A stretch of DNA of 64,000 bases from the IMG/VR virus record IMGVR_UViG_3300002055_000003, positions 1 to 64,000 of that record, one strand, 5' to 3'. Below, one piece after another: positions 58,253-64,000 of this stretch; the stretch's first letter is position 1; every line of letters begins with the position of its first letter. The translations under genes were made by a program, and so were the position numbers. Origin of the DNA: a virus. Its lineage: Duplodnaviria; Caudoviricetes. The notes beneath the pieces were generated by a model. The model saw only the letters and a program-made list of their open reading frames with translations, searched no databases and was not told the origin of the DNA.

Positions 58253-59815
58253 ATGGCTAGAAACAACAAATTCATAAAACCTGCGAATGCTGAAGTAGAA
58301 ATTAGTGCTGAGCAGATGCTTGAATTAAAGAGATGTATGAACGACCCTGTATATTTTTGCATGAACTATGTGAAAATAATTCATCCGGTTCGTGGTGCGA
58401 TTCCATTTAAGCTTTATAACTTTCAAAAAGAAATGGTCGATCTTTATAAGAATAATGATCGTGTCATTGTTATGTCTGCTAGACAAACCGGAAAATCAGA
58501 AACAGCAGCAGCATTCCTAGCGCATTTTGCTCTTTTCAATTTCGACAAAACGATACTGATCGTTTCAAACCACAACAACAATAGTATGGAAATGATCTCG
58601 CGCATACGCGGAGTATATGAGAACTTACCATTCTGGCTTAAGCCCGGAGTTGATGCTGATTCATTTAATAAACACGAACTTGCGTTTGATAATGGTTGTA
58701 GGATTGTCTCACAAGCAACTACAGAAAATTCAGGTCGTGGTATGGCTATCTCATTACTCTACTGTGATGAGCTTGCATTCGTAAATCCTCGCATTCAAGA
58801 GAAGTTCTGGGCGTCTATAAGTCCTACATTATCAACTGGTGGTTCTGCTATTATCACAAGTACGCCTAATGGGGATCAGGGTCTATTTGCAGAGTTATGG
58901 CGATCCGCTGAAATGGGTATTGGTGATTTCAAGAGTTTATATGTACCGTGGGATGCACCACCGGGGCGAGATGAGACCTTTAAACAAAAAATGATTGCTG
59001 AACAGGGCGAGCAAAAATGGAAACAGGAATTTGAATGTCAGTTCATATCATCAGAAGCATTACTTATTAGTAGTCTATTTTTACAACAAGTTACTTCTGA
59101 TATTAAGAAATATGAAGTTAAAAAAGAAGTTCAGAAAGTAAAATTTTGGGATGATATCAAGGAAAATTCTACATATTTAGTCGGGGTGGACCCTTCTACG
59201 GGCAGCGGAAATGACTTTAGTGTAATTACAATTTTTAGTTTTCCAGAATTAGTACAAGTAGCAGAGTATCGTAGTAACACAATGATTACTACGGAATTAT
59301 ATGCAATGATCAAAAATCTTCTTCTTTTCATGGAGAGTAAGAATTGTGAAATACACTGGTCTGTTGAAAATAATGGTGTTGGTGAAGGCGTACTTGCTTT
59401 GTATGAAAATGATGAAGATCAACCAGAATCAATGCTGATAGATGATCCAAAATCAAAACGACGTGGAATGTCAACAACATCGAAAAACAAAATAGGATCG
59501 TGTATTACATTTAAACAATTGTTTGAAAGTATGGCAATTTCAATTCGATCACCATTACTACTCAAAGAATTAAAATCGTTTACTCGACATCGAGGATCAT
59601 TCGCAGCACAAACGGGAGCTACTGATGATTGTGTTTCAGCATTATTGATTGTAGTGCGCATATTACAAGAACTTGCGGGATATGATGATACTGCTTTTGA
59701 AAAGTTATATGCTGGTGGTTTTGGACGAATTACCGAGTCTGAATGGGAAACTGGAGTTGCTGAAAAGGAATATGACGAAGCGACTGATGAAGACATTGGT
59801 GTAATTGTTATGTAA
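58253..59815 (+). CDS. gp17: Large terminase subunit, T4 gp17-like
   Basis: FKLYNFQ, ARQTGKS, LYCDELAF, ITSTPNG, GVDPSTG, VENNGVG, DDCVSAL. Confidence 0.97.
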   Translation: MARNNKFIKPANAEVEISAEQMLELKRCMNDPVYFCMNYVKIIHPVRGAIPFKLYNFQKEMVDLYKNNDRVIVMSARQTGKSETAAAFLAHFALFNFDKTILIVSNHNNNSMEMISRIRGVYENLPFWLKPGVDADSFNKHELAFDNGCRIVSQATTENSGRGMAISLLYCDELAFVNPRIQEKFWASISPTLSTGGSAIITSTPNGDQGLFAELWRSAEMGIGDFKSLYVPWDAPPGRDETFKQKMIAEQGEQKWKQEFECQFISSEALLISSLFLQQVTSDIKKYEVKKEVQKVKFWDDIKENSTYLVGVDPSTGSGNDFSVITIFSFPELVQVAEYRSNTMITTELYAMIKNLLLFMESKNCEIHWSVENNGVGEGVLALYENDEDQPESMLIDDPKSKRRGMSTTSKNKIGSCITFKQLFESMAISIRSPLLLKELKSFTRHRGSFAAQTGATDDCVSALLIVVRILQELAGYDDTAFEKLYAGGFGRITESEWETGVAEKEYDEATDEDIGVIVM

Positions 59816-59879
59816 GTCACAAAATTTTTAAGATTTATTGTGTTATAATTTTAGGACACCAAACACACTGACACTGGAA

Positions 59880-61091
59880 ATGAAGACTTTTAAATTTAGA
59901 ATTACTGAGAGTCAAATTGCACGATTGAATGTTGATATTGCAAAATTCAACAAGTTAGCTGATAAACTGGGATGTTCTCATGCCACGTTAGCTACAACTG
60001 AAGCTGCGATAGATGTCGATCCACACCACAAAACTAATACCATTTGCGATATCAGTTGGCATGTACCGCATGTCAAGTTCTATGATTGTGAGTTGAGTGG
60101 AGGTGTTGTTATCGCTGGTGATTATTCGTTCATCGGCGCAATTCACTATTCGCGCACAAATGGGGAAATTAGCATGGCTTCTTTGGAAGGAGACACTATA
60201 CCAGACGAATATAAAAATTCTCTTCCAGTTTGTGATCACTGCAATACAAAAAGGCAACGCAAAACAACATATATGATGAAGTCAAATGTTGATGGCTCTA
60301 TTATGCAAGTGGGCAGCACATGCTTGCGTGATTTTTTGGGATATGATGTTAGTGATTTAATAAAAGCACTTAAATTCACCATGCAGTTTGCGAATATCAA
60401 TGCAAATTACCCCCATATTCCGTATCATGCATCAAAGTTTAAAATTTCTCCAGAATATGGAGTTCGTGAAATTTTGGCATTGACTAATGCGGTTATACGA
60501 GCATTTGGTTGGGCAAGTTCAACATCTGAAACACATATCCCTACAGCCGATATTGTGCGTAAGATTTGCGATACACCAGAATCACATGAAGCTGAATTTT
60601 GGCTGAATAAAGTCATAGAACTTCAGAAAGATAAAACTGATCAAAACATGGCATCAGAAGTCATTAAATGGGCCACTACTCAAAAGAAGTACAATGAATA
60701 TACTATTAATTTGAAAAACTGCATTGAGGGTGGAACCGTAACTATTCGACAATTTGGGTTGTTGTGCTCAGCAGTTAACAGTTTTAAAAATGAAATTAAA
60801 AGAAAAATTGAGACACAAGCCACATATAATAATGTATACTTGGGCAGTATTGGTGATAGACTTCAACTTGATGTTAAATGCATAAGTACGAAAGTATTTG
60901 ATGGATATTACGGAGAGACTACGTTGTATAAAATGATTGATAAAGACGATCATTTGCTTGCATGGTTTTCTTCATCGGATTTGGTTATACCAGACAATCG
61001 TTTTATTACAATTAAAGGTACGGTTAAAAAACATGAAACGTTTGACCATGCTAAACAAACAATTCTTACGCGAGTAACGCGAGTAAATTAA
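59880..61091 (+). CDS. Hypothetical early protein with Zn-binding motif and C-terminal OB-fold-like domain
   Basis: TG-T-TATAAT at 59841; CDHC...VGSTC; C-terminal YLGSIGDR...IKGTVKKHETF...TILTRV. Confidence 0.6.
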   Translation: MKTFKFRITESQIARLNVDIAKFNKLADKLGCSHATLATTEAAIDVDPHHKTNTICDISWHVPHVKFYDCELSGGVVIAGDYSFIGAIHYSRTNGEISMASLEGDTIPDEYKNSLPVCDHCNTKRQRKTTYMMKSNVDGSIMQVGSTCLRDFLGYDVSDLIKALKFTMQFANINANYPHIPYHASKFKISPEYGVREILALTNAVIRAFGWASSTSETHIPTADIVRKICDTPESHEAEFWLNKVIELQKDKTDQNMASEVIKWATTQKKYNEYTINLKNCIEGGTVTIRQFGLLCSAVNSFKNEIKRKIETQATYNNVYLGSIGDRLQLDVKCISTKVFDGYYGETTLYKMIDKDDHLLAWFSSSDLVIPDNRFITIKGTVKKHETFDHAKQTILTRVTRVN

Positions 61092-61094
61092 AAT

Positions 61095-62276
61095 ATGAAC
61101 ATACATGCTAAAAATTTCATCTCTTGGTATAACAACGAGTTTAAGAACACTCGACTTTATCAAGATATGAAAAATACAAAAGAAGACTCCCCTTGGCACC
61201 GAGAAGATAGTGTGGCAGCACATACTGATATGGTGGTCATGTCTCTCCTTGCACAACAGGACCATCTCAATGGTTACTTTGACAGCGGTAGGGAATATAT
61301 CAATACATTATTCGCAGCAGCATTTCATGATGTCGGGAAACCTTCAGTTAGAACAGAAAAGCATTCTGAGGAACGAGGTACTTATTATTCGTTTGCAGAA
61401 CATGAATTGCGCTCTGCTCGCCTGTGGCAAGATTTTTACATAACAAATATTGATATGTTTGTGAAAACATTTGATCTGCAACCGCAAGATTTTTATGTAA
61501 TCACAATGATGATCGAAAAACATAGGCCGTGGGGCATCAAAGATAAGAAAAAAATTGATGGTATATATGAATCATTGGGTGTAGAACAGTCACTTGAATT
61601 TCTTAAATTACTAGTTGCTGATAACTCAGGACGTGAGACTGACGATGTGATGGCATTTGAAAACTCACTCGAAAAGGTGGTCGAACTTGGAAAACATTTA
61701 CGAAATTACGAGGTCAATGATTTCTATAACGCGCAGCGACGATTAAATGAACTAAGTCGTTTGAATGAATATGGGAAAACTGGAACTGCTGTTCCTCAAT
61801 TAATAATGCCAATTGCACCAGCAGGAAGTGGAAAGTCTACCTTATTTAATCGTATTCGTAATTTGGATACAGTGGTTAATCCAACCGAAGCATTAGTGCA
61901 TCAACATTCTATGGATTTAATTCGTCGGGAGCGTTATGGGCCAGATGATAATATTGCATTTCGCATGTCTTGTGAAGATAAGGAGTTTAATCGTGCTGTA
62001 CAAGCAGATTTTATTCAACATATAAAGCAAGGAAATTCTGTATACGTTGATAATACAAATCTATCAGCTAAGCGCCGCCGTTTTTATATTACTGAAGCGA
62101 GAAAACATGGATATAACACTCATGCACTTTTAATTCCATTATCGCTTAGAGAGGCAATTGATCGTAATGCTGCACGTAAGGATAAGAAACTTGGTGTTGA
62201 TGTTGTTATTCGACAGTATATGGCGCTGTCGATGCCAATTTTAGGTCAGGAATTTGATTTAATCACATTCGTATAA
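61095..62276 (+). CDS. HD-domain phosphohydrolase fused to P-loop kinase (Pnkp-like end-healing enzyme candidate)
   Basis: SPWHRE...AHT...FHDVGK; APAGSGKST; VDNTNL...RR; RNAAR lid. Confidence 0.8.
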   Translation: MNIHAKNFISWYNNEFKNTRLYQDMKNTKEDSPWHREDSVAAHTDMVVMSLLAQQDHLNGYFDSGREYINTLFAAAFHDVGKPSVRTEKHSEERGTYYSFAEHELRSARLWQDFYITNIDMFVKTFDLQPQDFYVITMMIEKHRPWGIKDKKKIDGIYESLGVEQSLEFLKLLVADNSGRETDDVMAFENSLEKVVELGKHLRNYEVNDFYNAQRRLNELSRLNEYGKTGTAVPQLIMPIAPAGSGKSTLFNRIRNLDTVVNPTEALVHQHSMDLIRRERYGPDDNIAFRMSCEDKEFNRAVQADFIQHIKQGNSVYVDNTNLSAKRRRFYITEARKHGYNTHALLIPLSLREAIDRNAARKDKKLGVDVVIRQYMALSMPILGQEFDLITFV

Positions 62277-62281
62277 TGTGC

Positions 62282-62307
62282 TAAATACCTTAAAGACTAA
62301 GGTATTT
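62282..62307 (+). promoter_or_regulatory. Late promoter in the 5' arm of a 10-bp hairpin whose 3' arm carries the SD
   Basis: TAAATA 62282-87; AAATACCTTA-aagac-TAAGGTATTT; ATG at 62313. Confidence 0.7.
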
Positions 62308-62312
62308 CAATA

Positions 62313-63395
62313 ATGACCGAAAAATTAATGTTGATAAGAGGATCGAGAATTCAAGATCAGCTTAATGAGCAAATTAAAATAGAAGATAATAAAAGATTAT
62401 TGATAGAAACATTCGATCTGTCCGAAGCATTTGTGGAGGACAGAGAGGATATTAACGATCTCATTTTAGAATTCTATGCATTAGACGAAGGAATTTTAGA
62501 CAAGGGTATTACAGGTGCAGGTAAACTAAAATTACTTGCAAATAAAGCAATGCAAAAACTAAAAGACTCTCAACCCGTTCAGAATTTTTCCAATAGAGCA
62601 TCAACAGTTCTCTCGAAATACAAAGAGAAATTCGGCAATAACCACCCCGCAACCAAAGCAGCAGAAGAAATAGCCCAACATGGTGCAAAGCATCCAGAGC
62701 GTAGTGCTTTTGTAACCACAATGTTAAATGGGTTAGTATCAATGTTTGGTAGACCAGATGCAGATGAAGCTGTTGCAAAAGCATTGGGGAATACGCAGGA
62801 TGCCATACAACAGGACACACAGGCTGATAATAAGGCGGATGCTGAACGAGAGGTCGCTAAGACACAGGGAGACCCAGAGACGAACACTGGTGGCGTTTCA
62901 TCGGGCAATACAAAGTATCCTACCTTGCGATCAAATATAGATCAAATGAATACCAAAAAGCGCCAACGGGCCACCGCACCAGTACAAATTCAAAATTATT
63001 CAATTGTTCCATCAGTCCCATCGAAAATGATTGAATTTAAAATATCCGTAAAAAGTGCTGATACGCAATATGAAACAGTTGTTCAATTCTCTGGAATTAA
63101 TTATAGTGATGGGCAATCTGGAGATACAAAATCATTTGTTGGTGCAGATGGAGAAGAATATAATATTAAGCCTATTGTATTAAAGGATAAAAATGTGAAA
63201 GTGAAATGCAATTGCTTAGACTTCTACCATAGATTTGCACCATATAATAATAAAGATGGTAGTTTAAAAGGTGATTATGTTCCTTATGTTCCGACAACTG
63301 ATCGACCATCAGACAACCCTAAAAAATTACCGGGCGTATGCAAACACCTGATAAAATCAATTGAAAGTATTAAAAGAGCTGGTTTAATTTCTTAA
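62313..63395 (+). CDS. Late protein with propeptide-like N-terminus and C-terminal SWIM-type Zn finger
   Basis: LNE/LIE/LSE/LDE sites in the N-terminal 60 aa; VKCNCLDF...GVCKHL. Confidence 0.65.
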   Translation: MTEKLMLIRGSRIQDQLNEQIKIEDNKRLLIETFDLSEAFVEDREDINDLILEFYALDEGILDKGITGAGKLKLLANKAMQKLKDSQPVQNFSNRASTVLSKYKEKFGNNHPATKAAEEIAQHGAKHPERSAFVTTMLNGLVSMFGRPDADEAVAKALGNTQDAIQQDTQADNKADAEREVAKTQGDPETNTGGVSSGNTKYPTLRSNIDQMNTKKRQRATAPVQIQNYSIVPSVPSKMIEFKISVKSADTQYETVVQFSGINYSDGQSGDTKSFVGADGEEYNIKPIVLKDKNVKVKCNCLDFYHRFAPYNNKDGSLKGDYVPYVPTTDRPSDNPKKLPGVCKHLIKSIESIKRAGLIS

Positions 63396-64000
63396 GACTT
63401 TTTGATAAATTTGGTTTTTGTTGGAGTTGATTGTGGGGCTACAGTGAACCCTTTCAAAATTTCTCGTAATTTAGCAGCACGTTCAGCTTGCTCAGTATTA
63501 ACAAACTCAGAAATCTCCTCTTCAATAAGCATATTTTTATCAGCTACTTTAGATTCTGAAAGTTTAGTTGTAGAATTCTTTTTCTTTTTAGATGGATTAT
63601 TAAATTCAAATTTCTTTTCAGAGGTAATTCTTTTTGCAATTTCATTTGGTGATTCAACACGTTTAACATCTGTTTTTACAGTTTTTTCGGTATTAACTGC
63701 TTCTTTTACAACATCTTTACCATCAATCGTTGATTTAACTTTCATGTTTGTAAGATCACTACGCTCAAAACTTAGATTTCCCATTACATTGACAATCATA
63801 TCACTAATAACTTCGAAAAAATAATCATCAGCCACAAGTCTAACTGCACCTTTGTACGCAGTTCTTTCAATAAACGGCATTGGTGGAATTACACATGTAA
63901 AGTGTGATTTATCTTGAGTACATGGAAATGATAGTTCCATACCTTTCACAACAATTACAAACCAAGCTTTAACTTCAACCGCCGAGATACCTTCAATTTG
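63392..64000 (-). CDS. Hypothetical protein, 5' truncated by the window end
   Basis: Frame stays open upstream of 63949 (QIEGISAVEVKAWFVIVVKGME...). Confidence 0.65.
   Translation of the reverse strand, partial: QIEGISAVEVKAWFVIVVKGMELSFPCTQDKSHFTCVIPPMPFIERTAYKGAVRLVADDYFFEVISDMIVNVMGNLSFERSDLTNMKVKSTIDGKDVVKEAVNTEKTVKTDVKRVESPNEIAKRITSEKKFEFNNPSKKKKNSTTKLSESKVADKNMLIEEEISEFVNTEQAERAAKLREILKGFTVAPQSTPTKTKFIKKS

Overview
This window is a 64-kb, AT-rich segment of a T4-like jumbo myophage genome. It holds most of the virion morphogenesis module: baseplate (gp6, gp25, gp5, gp27-like, gp53-like, gp48-like, giant wedge proteins), tape measure, portal, protease, scaffold, major capsid, neck gp13/gp14/gp15, sheath, tube and both terminase subunits. 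An early/replication island carries gp55 late sigma, gp47/gp46, RuvC, PurN, Pth2 and a DinG-like helicase. Mobile elements are two inteins (one Ala-start class 3) and two Zn-ribbon/Vsr-like free-standing endonucleases. No tRNA or CRISPR array was seen. Most notable unannotated signals: (1) a ~750-bp non-coding island between purN and pth2, with 11-bp-phased direct repeats followed by ~600 nt of dense hairpins (origin and/or large ncRNA); (2) many genes whose ATG sits at the predicted transcription start of TAAATA late or extended -10 promoters, implying extensive leaderless translation; (3) a canonical -1 frameshift heptamer joining the gp26-like gene to an otherwise start-less gp51-like ORF; (4) a degenerate terminase-ATPase paralogue under an early promoter just upstream of the real terminase; (5) candidate capsid-packaged cargo proteins including a GNAT acetyltransferase; (6) two paralogous Zn-finger genes sharing a 21-bp motif ahead of the capsid and sheath promoters. 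All functional calls come from motif recognition by eye; no database search was run.
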